In this document: positions 10,056 to 20,535 of the stretch, piece by piece
How positions within the stretch are numbered: the first letter of the stretch is position 1
Layout of the letters: each line of letters begins with the position of its first letter
DNA from: Deltaproteobacteria bacterium
GTDB taxonomy: Bacteria; Desulfobacterota; Binatia; UBA12015
Direction of reading: 5' to 3'
Assembly: GCA_046583355.1 (NCBI GenBank)
Contig: JAYGCM010000025.1
Span: 32,921-96,920, forward strand
DNA length: 64,000 nt
The notes under the pieces: model-generated
Told to the model about the DNA's origin: nothing
What the model saw: only the letters and a program-made list of their open reading frames with translations
Databases searched by the model: none
Position numbers and translations under genes: made by a program

Positions 10056-11078
10056 ATGTCACGTTATATAGATCTCTGCGAAGAAATCCGCTCCGAACCC
10101 CGCCGCTGGCTGGTGACGGGTGCGGCCGGTTTCATCGGCTCCCACTTGGTCGAGAATCTGCTCGGCGCGGGTCAGGAAGTGGTGGCGCTCGACAGCCTGA
10201 TCACCGGGCATGCCTATAACCTCGACAAGGTTCGTGCCTTGGTGGGACCTGACGCGGCGGCGCGGCTCACTTTCATCGAGGGCGATATCTGCGACGAAGA
10301 TACCTGTCGCAGAGCCTCCGAGGGTGTCCGGCATGTGCTGCACCAAGCGGCGCTCGGCTCGGTGCCGCGCTCGATCAAGGATCCGATTGCCAGCCACAGC
10401 GCCAATGTCGATGGCTTCCTCAAGATGGCCAACGCGGCACGCGAGAACGGCGTCGAGTCGATGAGCTACGCCTCGTCGTCCAGCGTCTACGGGGACCACC
10501 CCGCGCTTCCCAAGGTCGAAGACGAGATCGGCAATCCGCTCTCGCCCTATGCCTCGACGAAGCTCATCGATGAGATCTACGCCGCCGTTCTGCATCGTTG
10601 CTACGGAATGCGGATCGCCGGTTTGCGCTATTTCAATGTGGTCGGTACTCGGCAGGACCCCAACGGCGCCTACGCAGCCGTGATCCCGCGCTGGGTTCGC
10701 ATTTTCCTCGATGGCGGCACCCCGGAGATTTACGGCGATGGCGAGACCTCGCGTGATTTCTGCCCGGTACAGAACGTCGTTCAGGCCAATCTGCTTGCGG
10801 CCACGACCGAGGCGGCCGGCGGTGAAGTCTTCAATATCGCATTGGGCGGTCGCACGACTCTCACCGACCTCTACTTCCACCTGCGCGATGCGCTGGTCGG
10901 CCAGGGTGTCGATTGCGGCAGCCGCGAGCCGATCTACAAAGAATTCCGTGACGGCGATGTGCGCCATAGCCTGGCGAATACCGACAAGGCGCAATCGATC
11001 CTCGGCTACGTCCCGGAGGTCAGCCTGGCCGATGGCCTGTCGATGACCGTGGCTGGCTTCGTCGATACAGAGAATTGA
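10056..11078 (+). CDS. UDP-GlcNAc C4-epimerase-like SDR (WbpP/TviC family)
   Basis: TGAAGFIG, HQAALGSVPRS, YASTK, LRYFNV, AYAAVIP. Confidence 0.9.
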   Translation: MSRYIDLCEEIRSEPRRWLVTGAAGFIGSHLVENLLGAGQEVVALDSLITGHAYNLDKVRALVGPDAAARLTFIEGDICDEDTCRRASEGVRHVLHQAALGSVPRSIKDPIASHSANVDGFLKMANAARENGVESMSYASSSSVYGDHPALPKVEDEIGNPLSPYASTKLIDEIYAAVLHRCYGMRIAGLRYFNVVGTRQDPNGAYAAVIPRWVRIFLDGGTPEIYGDGETSRDFCPVQNVVQANLLAATTEAAGGEVFNIALGGRTTLTDLYFHLRDALVGQGVDCGSREPIYKEFRDGDVRHSLANTDKAQSILGYVPEVSLADGLSMTVAGFVDTEN

Positions 11079-11137
11079 GGGCGGCGGAGGTTCGCCCCTG
11101 TCGATTGTCGTCGCGCTGCGGTAGGTAGGTCGGGGCG

Positions 11138-12772
11138 ATGGCGGAACGCGAAGAAGCGGGCGGGGCCGAGGCCGGCTCCGAGAGCAATCCCTCCGTTACT
11201 CCACGCGTTGCGCGCCGCCAGATGCGGGATTTTCTCCGCCATCATGAGCAACGCCGTCGCCAATTGCCGCGTGCCCTGCTGGTTGGCTTGCTAGCGGGCC
11301 TGGTCGCCGTCGGTTTCCAGTTCACGCTGGAGAAGGCCGACCACCTGCGCAACTCGGTCATCGGCTTTTCGCAGACCCTCGGTTGGTGGGGGTTCTTGCT
11401 GCCGATGGCCTTCGGCGCCGTTGGCGTATCGATCGCTCTGATTCTGGTGCAACGCTTCGAGCCCGATGCGGCTGGCAGTGGCGTACCGCACCTCAAAGCC
11501 GTGCTGCACCATCTGCGCGGGTTCCGCTGGCGCCGCATTTTGCCGGTGAAGTTCCTCGGCGGGGTATCCGCAATTGGCGCTGGCCTGGCGCTGGGCCGTG
11601 AAGGGCCGACCATCCAGATGGGCGGCGCGATCGGCCAGATGGTCAGCGGCTGGTTCAAGAGTACGCCGCGCGAGACCCAGACGCTGGTAGCGGCTGGTGC
11701 CGGTGCCGGGCTTTCTGCTGCCTTCAACGCGCCGCTGGCCGGGTTGGTTTTCGTTCTCGAAGAAGTCCAGCGTGATTTTGCCCCGGCGGTCTTCACCGTG
11801 ACCCTGATTGCCTCGGTCACAGCCGACATTACGGCGCGCTATCTGCTCGGCCATCTTCCGGTCTTTACGGTTGGCGAGATTCCCATTCCGCCACTCTCGT
11901 CTTTGCCGATCTCGCTGCTCTTGGGCGTGGCGGCCGCGGGGGTCGGCATTTTGTTCAACCGCACGCTGGTCAAAACGGCAGACGCCTATCAGAAGATCGC
12001 GCATTGGCCGCGGTGGGTGGTCGGCAGCGTGGTCGGCGGGGCGATCGGCTTGGTCGGCTATTTTGTGCCTGGCGCTTTGTCCGGTGGGCACTCTTTGGTG
12101 GAAGCGACGCTGGCGGGTCAGCTCGGCCTGATGCTCTTGCTGAGCTTCTTTGTGCTGCGCTTTGTTTTGACGATGGTCAGCTACGGCACCGGCGCGGCCG
12201 GCGGCATTTTCGCGCCGATGCTGGTGCTGGGTGCGGCCTTGGGCAGCTTTGTCGGCCAGGTCTCGCACACGTTTCTGCCTGAAATCGTGAGCCATCCCGA
12301 GACTTTTGCGGTGGTCGGTATGGCGGCGCTTTTCACCGCGGTCGTGCGCGCACCGTTGACCGGCATCGTCCTGATGGTTGAGATGACCGGCGAATATGGT
12401 CTGGTGCTGCCCTTGCTGGTGGCTTCGCTTACGGCCGGTGGTCTGGCCGATTATTTCGGTGACAAACCGATTTACGAAGTCCTGCTCAAGCGCGACCTGA
12501 CCCGTTGGCAGGAGAAGCCGCAGCTGGCCGAGACACTTCTGCTGGAACTCGTGGTGGCGCCCGACGCGCCCTTCGATGGTCGTGAAGTGCGCGAGTTGGG
12601 GTTGCCGCCGGGCTGTATTCTGATCACCGTACATCGCGGCCTCGACGCCGAGGTGCCCACCGCGGGCTTCAAGCTCACCGCGGGCGACCGTATTACGGTA
12701 GTAGTCGCGCCGCAGGCCGCCGAGGCCGTCGGTCTGCTGTACGAAGGAACCGGCTCCGAAGACCACGGCTAG
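11138..12772 (+). CDS. clcA: ClC H+/Cl- exchange transporter with C-terminal TrkA-C domain
   Basis: GSGVP, GREGP, FVLEE and GIFAP motifs; C-terminal RCK-C-like domain. Confidence 0.9.
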   Translation: MAEREEAGGAEAGSESNPSVTPRVARRQMRDFLRHHEQRRRQLPRALLVGLLAGLVAVGFQFTLEKADHLRNSVIGFSQTLGWWGFLLPMAFGAVGVSIALILVQRFEPDAAGSGVPHLKAVLHHLRGFRWRRILPVKFLGGVSAIGAGLALGREGPTIQMGGAIGQMVSGWFKSTPRETQTLVAAGAGAGLSAAFNAPLAGLVFVLEEVQRDFAPAVFTVTLIASVTADITARYLLGHLPVFTVGEIPIPPLSSLPISLLLGVAAAGVGILFNRTLVKTADAYQKIAHWPRWVVGSVVGGAIGLVGYFVPGALSGGHSLVEATLAGQLGLMLLLSFFVLRFVLTMVSYGTGAAGGIFAPMLVLGAALGSFVGQVSHTFLPEIVSHPETFAVVGMAALFTAVVRAPLTGIVLMVEMTGEYGLVLPLLVASLTAGGLADYFGDKPIYEVLLKRDLTRWQEKPQLAETLLLELVVAPDAPFDGREVRELGLPPGCILITVHRGLDAEVPTAGFKLTAGDRITVVVAPQAAEAVGLLYEGTGSEDHG

Positions 12773-12832
12773 AGGCCCGGCTTCCAGATCGACGCATTGG
12801 CATGTAGGGGCGGGGATCGCCAGAATGTCCTC

Positions 12833-13642
12833 ATGCATGAGCCACAGCTGCATAGTTTGAACGAAGGCTTCGATTGGACGGCGCCCGCAGGCGCCAAGCG
12901 CCTGGTCACCGAAGCCCAGGCACGTTCTTGGGACGAGCAGGGTTTCCTGGTTGTTGAAGACGCCTTTGACGCCGCGACGATGCAGAAGGTGATCGCCACG
13001 ATTGACCCCTTCGAGGCGCAAACCGAGGAGCTGCTCGCCCGGATGAAGGACGGCAAGCTCTTCATCGCGCGCGCCGGCGAGATCACCTTCACGACACATC
13101 TGGTGGCGCGCTCTGCGTTTCTGCGCGACTTCGCCGGCGGTTCGATCTTTCAGGATCTTTGTCATGATCTGGTGGGCGACGATGTGCGCCTCTATTGGGA
13201 TCAGGCGGTCTACAAGAAGCCGGCGACCCTGGCCGAGTTCCCGTGGCATCAGGACAACGGCTATACCTTCGTGCGTCCGCAGCAATACTTGACCTGCTGG
13301 GTGTCGCTGACGGATGCGACCGAGGAGAATGGCTGCCCCTGGGTGGCTCCGGGAATCCACCGCTCTGGCACCCTCAAGCATCATATGACGGACCTGGGCT
13401 GGCGCTGCTTGGAGCAGCCCGAGGGGGCTATCCCGGTGCCCGTGCGGGCCGGCTCGGTGGTGGTCTTCTCCAGCCTTACGCCGCATCGCACCGGCCCGAA
13501 TACCAGCGAAGGTACCCGTAAATCCTATATTCTACAATATGCGCCCGATGGCGCCCGGTTGATCAACGGTACGGATGAGGCTCTTTGCGACGCCTCCGAC
13601 CGGCAATTCTTTGTGCTGCAGAGCGGCCAAACTCCGCGTTGA
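12833..13642 (+). CDS. Phytanoyl-CoA dioxygenase (PhyH) family protein
   Basis: WHQD, ENGC, HRTGPN...RK. Confidence 0.9.
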   Translation: MHEPQLHSLNEGFDWTAPAGAKRLVTEAQARSWDEQGFLVVEDAFDAATMQKVIATIDPFEAQTEELLARMKDGKLFIARAGEITFTTHLVARSAFLRDFAGGSIFQDLCHDLVGDDVRLYWDQAVYKKPATLAEFPWHQDNGYTFVRPQQYLTCWVSLTDATEENGCPWVAPGIHRSGTLKHHMTDLGWRCLEQPEGAIPVPVRAGSVVVFSSLTPHRTGPNTSEGTRKSYILQYAPDGARLINGTDEALCDASDRQFFVLQSGQTPR

Positions 13643-13663
13643 GCCCGCTCGTGGCAGCCAGCC

Positions 13664-15007
13664 TCAGAAGGCGACTTGGAAACGGCATTGCCAGATATTC
13701 TCGCTACCGGTGGGCGCGCGATCCGTATAGACGTAGTTGAGCGTGACGCGAAAGGCTTGGTTGAGGTACCAGTTCAGGCCGAGCGTGGTGTTATTGAGCT
13801 GGCCGCCGCGGACGGGGCCGGAGTCGTGATCGAAATGGCTGTAGCGGGCGGCCACCTGCACGGCGCCCCAGCCCGAGCCCGGACCGAGGTCGAAGCTGCG
13901 CGCAGGTTTCACCTGCGTGAAGATTCCTTTTTTGCGATTGAATGGGCGGTACTCGCCGGTGAGGAACCAGCTCACCTCCGCAAACCAGGCGAGGAAGCTG
14001 ACGTCCGGGCCGCTTGGCGAGTCGATGAAGGCTTGCGAGTACTCAGCCTGTGCCGAGAACGGGCCTTTGACGACCGCGGCGCTGAGGTTGACCAAGTCGT
14101 TGCCGTTGGTCGGGATAGCGCCGGTCGCGATGAGGGTCGGTCCGAAGCTGGTATTCGGACGGGCCGAAAAGCTCACGTCATCGTCGTTGCGGAAGTGGTG
14201 ACTGTAGGAACCGCCGAGGTAGAACAGTTTGCGGCCCTCGTCCTGCCACCAGGGCAGGCCATAGACGCGCATCGTGACGTTGTACTCGGACTCCATGCTG
14301 AAGACCGAGGCGTCGCCATCGGTATTCAGGTAGGCGCCGAGGTCGACGCCGAGGTGGTTGCCTGCGAAGCGCGGGTAGATCGTCACCCCGGTATTGCGCG
14401 CGGAGTCAAGCGTAGCGCTGGCCCCGCGTTCCATGAAGGTGATGTGGTTCGAGCTGGTGAGTTGTTCGAGCGAGTAGGGCTCCTTCATATGACCGACCAG
14501 GATGGTGTCGATGAAGGGGATATCCTGCATGCCGAGATAGAGGTCCCTGATTCCGACACGCCCCCCGGCAAAATCGTATTGCGCCTTGAAGAGGAAATGT
14601 TTGTAGAGTGTCCCGGAGAGGAAGAGGCGGGCGCGCCGGATCTTCCCGCCGGTGATCGGCGAGCCCTCATCGAACGCGTCCTGGATCGCGCCGCTGGGCA
14701 GCAGAATGGCCCAATCGTTCTGGATCCGGCCGCCGAGTTTCAGCGCGAAGGCCCCATCGGGTGAGACGAAGCGAAGACCGTGTTTCCAGTAGACCCGGTA
14801 GTCGGTGGCGGCTTTCTCCGCCGCGCTCGCCTCGGCGCCGGCGCGCACCTTCAGCTCTTGATATTTCTCCTCGCTGACGCGGCCGCTCTCTTTGAGAATC
14901 TCGAGAATTTCTTCGCTGACGGATTGGCTGGCCCCGGACGCTACAGGCAGGGCGGCGAGCAGGAAGGTGCAGAGGAGCAGCGCGTGTCGGAGCTGTGATC
15001 GGAACAT
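13664..15007 (-). CDS. OprO/OprP-family phosphate-selective porin
   Basis: Signal peptide; IRRARL, KEPYSLEQLTSSN, FMER, FLTGE, LGLNWY; terminal Phe. Confidence 0.9.
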   Translation of the reverse strand: MFRSQLRHALLLCTFLLAALPVASGASQSVSEEILEILKESGRVSEEKYQELKVRAGAEASAAEKAATDYRVYWKHGLRFVSPDGAFALKLGGRIQNDWAILLPSGAIQDAFDEGSPITGGKIRRARLFLSGTLYKHFLFKAQYDFAGGRVGIRDLYLGMQDIPFIDTILVGHMKEPYSLEQLTSSNHITFMERGASATLDSARNTGVTIYPRFAGNHLGVDLGAYLNTDGDASVFSMESEYNVTMRVYGLPWWQDEGRKLFYLGGSYSHHFRNDDDVSFSARPNTSFGPTLIATGAIPTNGNDLVNLSAAVVKGPFSAQAEYSQAFIDSPSGPDVSFLAWFAEVSWFLTGEYRPFNRKKGIFTQVKPARSFDLGPGSGWGAVQVAARYSHFDHDSGPVRGGQLNNTTLGLNWYLNQAFRVTLNYVYTDRAPTGSENIWQCRFQVAF

Positions 15008-15139
15008 GGTGAAATTCTCTCTCGGAGCGGGCACCGGGTGGCCCCAACGTTCGGATTCTTTCTAGAGGTCCCAAGTGCAATGGTCGAGTCGAGCCCGGTG
15101 GGCGTTGTGGGCGCGTTACGTGGCCTCTAGAGGTTTGGC

Positions 15140-15919
15140 GTGGCTTTTCCCGAACCCAATGCGGATGTCGCCGTAGCGATCGTGCGTGACGACGGTGAAA
15201 TTTTTGTCGTCGACAAGACCAGCGGCCGCGTGACGATGCCCGGCGCGGGCCACGCGCGTGACTCCGTGCAGAACGGGGTCATGGCCGTGGCAGGCGAGCG
15301 CTTGCGCCACCTCGGTGCCGCGCGTGACTACGGACTGCTGCATAGGCTCGACCGCGCCAGCAGCGGATTGTTGCTTTTCGCCCAGACGGTACCCGCCTAC
15401 GAAGGGCTGCGCGGCAGCTTTCATAAACGCGAGGTGGTGAAGGATTACCTGGCGATCACGGCGCGCGTACCGGAGCGACCGCGTGGCTCGATCCGCGCGC
15501 GTCTGGCCGAGGTGCGCACGCATGACCGCAAGCTCGCTCGCATCGATGCGCGCGGCAAGGCTGCCGTGACCCATTTCAAGGTTCTTTGCCGCGGCCATGA
15601 CGGGACGGCCTTGGTCGAGTGCCGAATTGAGACCGGCCGCCTGCATCAGATCCGGGCGCATTTGGCCTCCATCGGTGCGCCGCTGCTCGGCGACCTGGTC
15701 TACACGCCGTCCTCGCCCGATGGCCGCGCCTCGGTCGCGCGCCAAGCCGACCGCGCTATTCTTCTGCACGCATGGCGCCTCGCTTTTCCGCATCCGGTAC
15801 AAGGCAACCGCGTGAAGCTTGAAGCGCCTCTGCCCGCGCGTTTCCGCAAAGCCTTGACGGCGCATGGCCTCAAGCTGCCGAGTCCCACCAAGCGTGGCCT
15901 GCTGCCCAGCCGCGGATGA
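15140..15919 (+). CDS. RluA-family pseudouridine synthase
   Basis: HRLDRASSGL, TGRLHQIRAH, GDLVY, LHAW. Confidence 0.92.
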   Translation: MAFPEPNADVAVAIVRDDGEIFVVDKTSGRVTMPGAGHARDSVQNGVMAVAGERLRHLGAARDYGLLHRLDRASSGLLLFAQTVPAYEGLRGSFHKREVVKDYLAITARVPERPRGSIRARLAEVRTHDRKLARIDARGKAAVTHFKVLCRGHDGTALVECRIETGRLHQIRAHLASIGAPLLGDLVYTPSSPDGRASVARQADRAILLHAWRLAFPHPVQGNRVKLEAPLPARFRKALTAHGLKLPSPTKRGLLPSRG

Positions 15920-15950
15920 GCCGGCTGGGCTGGTCTTGGGGCACGGGCCT

Positions 15951-17219
15951 CTAAGCGCCTGGAAGCAGCGCGCGGATGCTGGGGGCGGAGGCGATGGTGC
16001 GCTTGGTCTCGAAGGCTTCCTGGTTGGTTTCGAGAGCGGCGGTATCGTATCTATAGTTGACCATGAGGCCGAAGGATTGGCGCAGGCCCTTGGCGGAGGT
16101 GTCGGCGGCGGTATGGATCGCCTCGATGCTCGCGCCGTTGCGCAGATGAAAGCGCGCCACCGGGTCGATCGGGGAGCCGTCTTTGCGGGTGGCGTGGAAG
16201 TAGCGGGCGCATAGCCTGCGCAGGGGCTCGGCGAGGCGGTCGGCGAGCGGCGCGTCCAGTACGGATTCTCTGTCGGCCAGGATGTGTTCGAGGTCGGCGC
16301 GGTGGGAAATTTCGCCTGCCAGGAAAGAGTCACCGGCGCGCGCGAGCGAGGTTTTGAGCCAGACCCGGAATCCGGGGATGGGCGAGAGGGTCGCGAAGGT
16401 ATCGAGGTGGGGCAGGTCGTGGTGCAGCGTGCGGGCGGCGCCGCGGATCAGGTATTCGCCGAAGCTCACGCCGCGCAGGCCCTTTTGCGGGCTCGAGATG
16501 GAATAGAAGATTGCCGTATCGGCCGCCGCCGGGTCGCCGACGGGTGCGTCTTCATCGAGCAGGCGCTGCACGGAGTCGGCCAGGCCGCGCACCAGGGCGA
16601 CCTCGACAAAGGCCAGCGGTTCGCCCGGCATCGAGGGGTGGAAAAGGGCGTAGCAGCGGCGGTCGGAGTCGAGACGGTTATGCAGGTCTTCCCAGGAGCG
16701 GATCGCGTGCACGGCCTCGTAGGCGACGAGTTTCTCCAGCAGGGTCGCCGGGGAGTCCCAGCTGATGCGCTGCAATTCGAGGAAGCCGAAATCAAAGAAG
16801 GAGCGCAGAACGAAGACCAGGGCGTCGTCCAGGGCGCGCAATTCCGGGCTCTGCGAGGCGATGCCGAGCAGGTCGGCGCGCATATTCACGAGGAATTTGA
16901 CCCGGTCGGGGACCGCGTTGAATTGCGTGAAGAGGCGGCGGTAGGGCGGGCGCAGGGCACGGCGCAAGATGCGCTGGGCATCGATTCTTGCACCGGGCTC
17001 GTTGGCTTCCTGCCAGAACGCGATCGCCTTTCGGATGGCTTCGGGCTGTGGCCCGAACTCATCTGCCAGGAGCGTAAGGAAGCGGTGGCGTCCGTCCAGG
17101 TCGAGCCGCTGCCATGTCTCGGCAAGTTCGACAGCGCGCAGGCGGGAGACCACCTCGCTGCCGGAGGCATCGAGGCAGGCTCGGATCGCGCTGCGCCAGC
17201 TTTCGGCCTCCTCTGCCAT
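15951..17219 (-). CDS. Malonyl-CoA decarboxylase
   Basis: YEAVH, DRRCY, FYSIS, TLSPIPGF, DPVARFHLRNGA, GLMVNY. Confidence 0.92.
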   Translation of the reverse strand: MAEEAESWRSAIRACLDASGSEVVSRLRAVELAETWQRLDLDGRHRFLTLLADEFGPQPEAIRKAIAFWQEANEPGARIDAQRILRRALRPPYRRLFTQFNAVPDRVKFLVNMRADLLGIASQSPELRALDDALVFVLRSFFDFGFLELQRISWDSPATLLEKLVAYEAVHAIRSWEDLHNRLDSDRRCYALFHPSMPGEPLAFVEVALVRGLADSVQRLLDEDAPVGDPAAADTAIFYSISSPQKGLRGVSFGEYLIRGAARTLHHDLPHLDTFATLSPIPGFRVWLKTSLARAGDSFLAGEISHRADLEHILADRESVLDAPLADRLAEPLRRLCARYFHATRKDGSPIDPVARFHLRNGASIEAIHTAADTSAKGLRQSFGLMVNYRYDTAALETNQEAFETKRTIASAPSIRALLPGA

Positions 17220-17232
17220 GGCCGTTGGCTCC

Positions 17233-18225
17233 TTAGAAGCCCTTGGTGCCGGCCAGTTCGGCGAGCGAGACTTCGGGGCGTGCGCCGAAATGCGCGATGA
17301 TTTCGGCAGCGGCGATGCCGCCGAGGCGGCCGCAGCTGGCGAGGTCGCGGCCGGTGCCCAGGCCGTGCAGGAAGCCGGCGGCAAATTGGTCGCCCGCGCC
17401 GGTGGTATCGACGACCTTCTCGACCGCCTCGCAATCGATCACGTGCAACTCATCGCCGTGTACGATCACGCTACCCTTCTCGCCGCGGGTCAGGGCCGTG
17501 AGTGTTCCGGTGGCGCGCACCGCTTGCAGGGCCGCGTCGAAACTCTTGGTTTCATAGAGCGACATGATCTCGGCTTCGTTGGCGAAAAGAATGTCGATGG
17601 ATTGATCGACGAGTTCGCGGAATTCCTCGCGGTAGCGGCCGACGCAGAAGGCGTCGGATAATGTCAGTGCGACTTTGCGCTTGGCGCCATGCGCTAGCTG
17701 CATCGCCTTGCGGAAGGCTTGCTTGGCGGCGGGCGGATCCCAGAGATAGCCCTCCAGGTAGGTGATGGCCGAATCGCGTACCATCGTCTCGTCCACGTCT
17801 GCCTCGGTGAGAGTGACGCACGCCCCCAGGTAGGTATTCATTGTGCGCTGCGCGTCGGGTGTGACAAGAATCAGGCAGCGCGCCGTCGGTGCGCCGGTGG
17901 TCGCCATGGTGGTTGGGAAATCAACGCCCAGAGCGCGGATATCGTGTGCGAAGGTCTCACCCAATTGGTCGTTTTTCACCTTGCCGATGAAGGCGCCGCG
18001 GCCACCCAACGAGGCGAGCCCGGCGATCGTATTGCCGGCCGATCCGCCCGAGGCTTCCAAGCCCGAGCCCATCTCCCGGTAGAGGGTCTCGGCCTCTTCG
18101 GCATCGATGATGCGCATCGAGCCCTTCTCGAGCTTGCGTTCACTGAGGAAGTTCTCGCTGGTATTGGTGAGCACATCGACAATCGCGTTGCCGATTCCGA
18201 GCACATCGAATCTGCAGTCAGGCAT
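17233..18225 (-). CDS. Adenosine kinase-like PfkB-family kinase
   Basis: GIGNAIVD, GGSAGN, DTTGAGD. The upstream extension in the ORF track is not coding-like. Confidence 0.9.
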   Translation of the reverse strand: MPDCRFDVLGIGNAIVDVLTNTSENFLSERKLEKGSMRIIDAEEAETLYREMGSGLEASGGSAGNTIAGLASLGGRGAFIGKVKNDQLGETFAHDIRALGVDFPTTMATTGAPTARCLILVTPDAQRTMNTYLGACVTLTEADVDETMVRDSAITYLEGYLWDPPAAKQAFRKAMQLAHGAKRKVALTLSDAFCVGRYREEFRELVDQSIDILFANEAEIMSLYETKSFDAALQAVRATGTLTALTRGEKGSVIVHGDELHVIDCEAVEKVVDTTGAGDQFAAGFLHGLGTGRDLASCGRLGGIAAAEIIAHFGARPEVSLAELAGTKGF

Positions 18226-18287
18226 GGGGGGGATGAACCACGGATAGGGCTGGATCACAACGCATCTTCGTACTACCCACGATGGGT

Positions 18288-18740
18288 ATGAGTGAAACGA
18301 AGATATCGATTCCGGAGGGTTTCCCCTCACCTTGGGACGCCCAGGCCGGGCTGCGGATCGTCGAGGCCTCGGCCGAGCGCGTGGTCGCCGAGTACGTGAT
18401 CGAGGAGAAGCACCACCAGCCCTACGGCATCGTGCATGGCGGCGTCCATTGCAGCGCAGTGGAAACCGTCTGCTCGATCGGCGCCGGCATGTCGGCGCTG
18501 GAGCGTGGGACAGCAAGCGGCGCGGTCGGTCTCGAGAACCAGACGAGTTTCGTGCGCGCCGTGCGCTCGGGCAAGGTGCGGGTGGTCGCGACACCTCTTG
18601 CGCGTGGTAGTCGCACGCAACTCTGGCAGGCCGAGGCCCGCGACGAGGAAGGCCGATTGATTGCGCATGGCAAGGTGCGTGCGCTTTGTTTGCAGGACGG
18701 CACGGTGTTGGCCGGAAAGAATTTTGAAGGGCGAGAATGA
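18288..18740 (+). CDS. PaaI-family thioesterase
   Basis: QPYGIVHGG motif, hotdog-fold size. Confidence 0.88.
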   Translation: MSETKISIPEGFPSPWDAQAGLRIVEASAERVVAEYVIEEKHHQPYGIVHGGVHCSAVETVCSIGAGMSALERGTASGAVGLENQTSFVRAVRSGKVRVVATPLARGSRTQLWQAEARDEEGRLIAHGKVRALCLQDGTVLAGKNFEGRE

Positions 18741-19726
18741 TGGCAGATCGAGAAAAAGACCTGGAAGCAGCGATGGACGCCGTGCGCGCGGCATCGAGAA
18801 TCTGCCGGGCGGTACAGCAGCGGCTGGTCACGGCCGATACGCTGGAGAAAAAAGACAAAAGCCCGGTGACCGTGGCCGACTTCGCCTCGCAGGCGATTGT
18901 TTGTGAGGTTCTGCAGACTCGCTTTCCCGACGATCCGGTGGTCGGCGAGGAAGGCTCGGCCGATTTGCAGGGCGATTCGGTCGCGGCCTTGCGCAGTTCC
19001 ATCGTCGAGGCGGTGGCCGACGAGCTTGGCTACGAGCCCGAAGAAGATGAAGTCCTGGCCTGGATCGACCGCGGCGACGCCAAGGCCGATACCGCACGCT
19101 ATTGGACGATTGACCCAATCGACGGTACCAAGGGCTTCCTGCGCGGCGAGCAATACGCGGTTGCGCTCGGCCTGATCGAGAATGGCGAGGTCGTCCTCGG
19201 CGTCCTCGGTTGCCCGAATCTGCCCGGCCCCAAAGGCAAGGGAGCGATCTTCAGCGGCATCCCCGGCCATGCGGCGCTGGCCCACGAGGTCGACGGCGAG
19301 GGCCTGGTTGGTGCGCCGATCGCGGTTGCCGCGCCGCCCTCACTTGCCGAGGCGCGTTTTTGCGAATCCGTCGAGTCGGGGCACTCCGATCAGGGGGCGT
19401 CGGCCAGGATTGCGGCCGAACTCGGGATCACCTCTGAGCCCTTTCGCATCGATAGTCAATGCAAATATGCTGCGGTCGCCCGCGGTGATGCCTCGATCTA
19501 CCTGCGCTTGCCGACTCGGGCCGATTACGAGGAGAAGATCTGGGACCACGCCGCTGGCATGGCGGTGGTTGTTGCCGCCGGCGGGCGCGTGACCGATATT
19601 ACGGGCCAGTCGCTCGACTTCCGCCAGGGCTGCACGCTCAAGGCGAATCAGGGGATCATCGCGACCAGCGGCGGCATCCATGACGCGGTGGTGGCAGCCG
19701 TGCAGAAGGTCCTCGCGGCCGGGTGA
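18737..19726 (+). CDS. 3'(2'),5'-bisphosphate nucleotidase (HAL2-like)
   Basis: DKSPVTVADF, DPIDGTKGFLRG, DSQCKY, EKIWDHAAG. Confidence 0.92.
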   Translation: MMADREKDLEAAMDAVRAASRICRAVQQRLVTADTLEKKDKSPVTVADFASQAIVCEVLQTRFPDDPVVGEEGSADLQGDSVAALRSSIVEAVADELGYEPEEDEVLAWIDRGDAKADTARYWTIDPIDGTKGFLRGEQYAVALGLIENGEVVLGVLGCPNLPGPKGKGAIFSGIPGHAALAHEVDGEGLVGAPIAVAAPPSLAEARFCESVESGHSDQGASARIAAELGITSEPFRIDSQCKYAAVARGDASIYLRLPTRADYEEKIWDHAAGMAVVVAAGGRVTDITGQSLDFRQGCTLKANQGIIATSGGIHDAVVAAVQKVLAAG

Positions 19727-20457
19727 GCACGGCAACGCCGCTGGCCGGCAAAGTATGGGCGGCCACGCGCGCCCTTGCGCGTGCGATGGACGGCCTCGAA
19801 TTCGCCGCGCCCGTAACGCATGTCTATAATCCGCTGGATTACGCACGCGCATCGCACCGCGCCTATGTAGAGCGCTTCGCCGGCACTCCCAAGCGCGTAC
19901 TCTTCCTGGGCATGAATCCGGGGCCTTTCGGCATGGCGCAGACGGGGGTTCCTTTCGGGGAAATCGCGGCCGTGCGCGATTGGATGGGCATCGAGGAGAA
20001 GGTTGGCCGGCCCCCAACCGAGCATCCGAAACGTCCGGTGCAGGGGTTTGGTTGCACGCGCGCGGAGGTCAGCGGAGTGCGGCTTTGGGGTGCGGTGGCC
20101 GAGCATTGGCAGACTCCGGAGCGCTTCTTCGCGGACCATTATGTGGTCAATTATTGCCCGCTCCTTTTCATGGAGGAGAGTGGTCGTAACCGGACGCCGG
20201 ATAAATTACCGGCCACCGAGCGAGCGCCGATCTATGCGGCCTGCGACAAGCATCTGCGTCGCCTGGTCACGCTGCTTGAGCCGCGCTGGCTGATCGGCGT
20301 AGGTGCGTTCGCGACCGACCGCGCGCGCCGCGCCCTTGGCGAGGGGGGGCCGCAGATCGAAACCGTGCTGCACCCGAGCCCGGCCAACCCGCGCGCCAAC
20401 CGCGGCTGGAAAGAGGCCGCTCGCGCGCAACTCGGGGCCATCGGAATCTGCGCCTGA
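19723..20457 (+). CDS. SMUG1-family uracil-DNA glycosylase
   Basis: GMNPGPFGMAQTGVPFG, EVSGVRLW, HPSPANP. Confidence 0.93.
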   Translation: MSTATPLAGKVWAATRALARAMDGLEFAAPVTHVYNPLDYARASHRAYVERFAGTPKRVLFLGMNPGPFGMAQTGVPFGEIAAVRDWMGIEEKVGRPPTEHPKRPVQGFGCTRAEVSGVRLWGAVAEHWQTPERFFADHYVVNYCPLLFMEESGRNRTPDKLPATERAPIYAACDKHLRRLVTLLEPRWLIGVGAFATDRARRALGEGGPQIETVLHPSPANPRANRGWKEAARAQLGAIGICA

Positions 20458-20535
20458 CGAAGGCCGAACGGGGTTCCCGGAGGGAAGCTTGGGCAGGTTT
20501 TGGCTTGCTGCGGGCGACTTGTTTCCGACCGGCTT

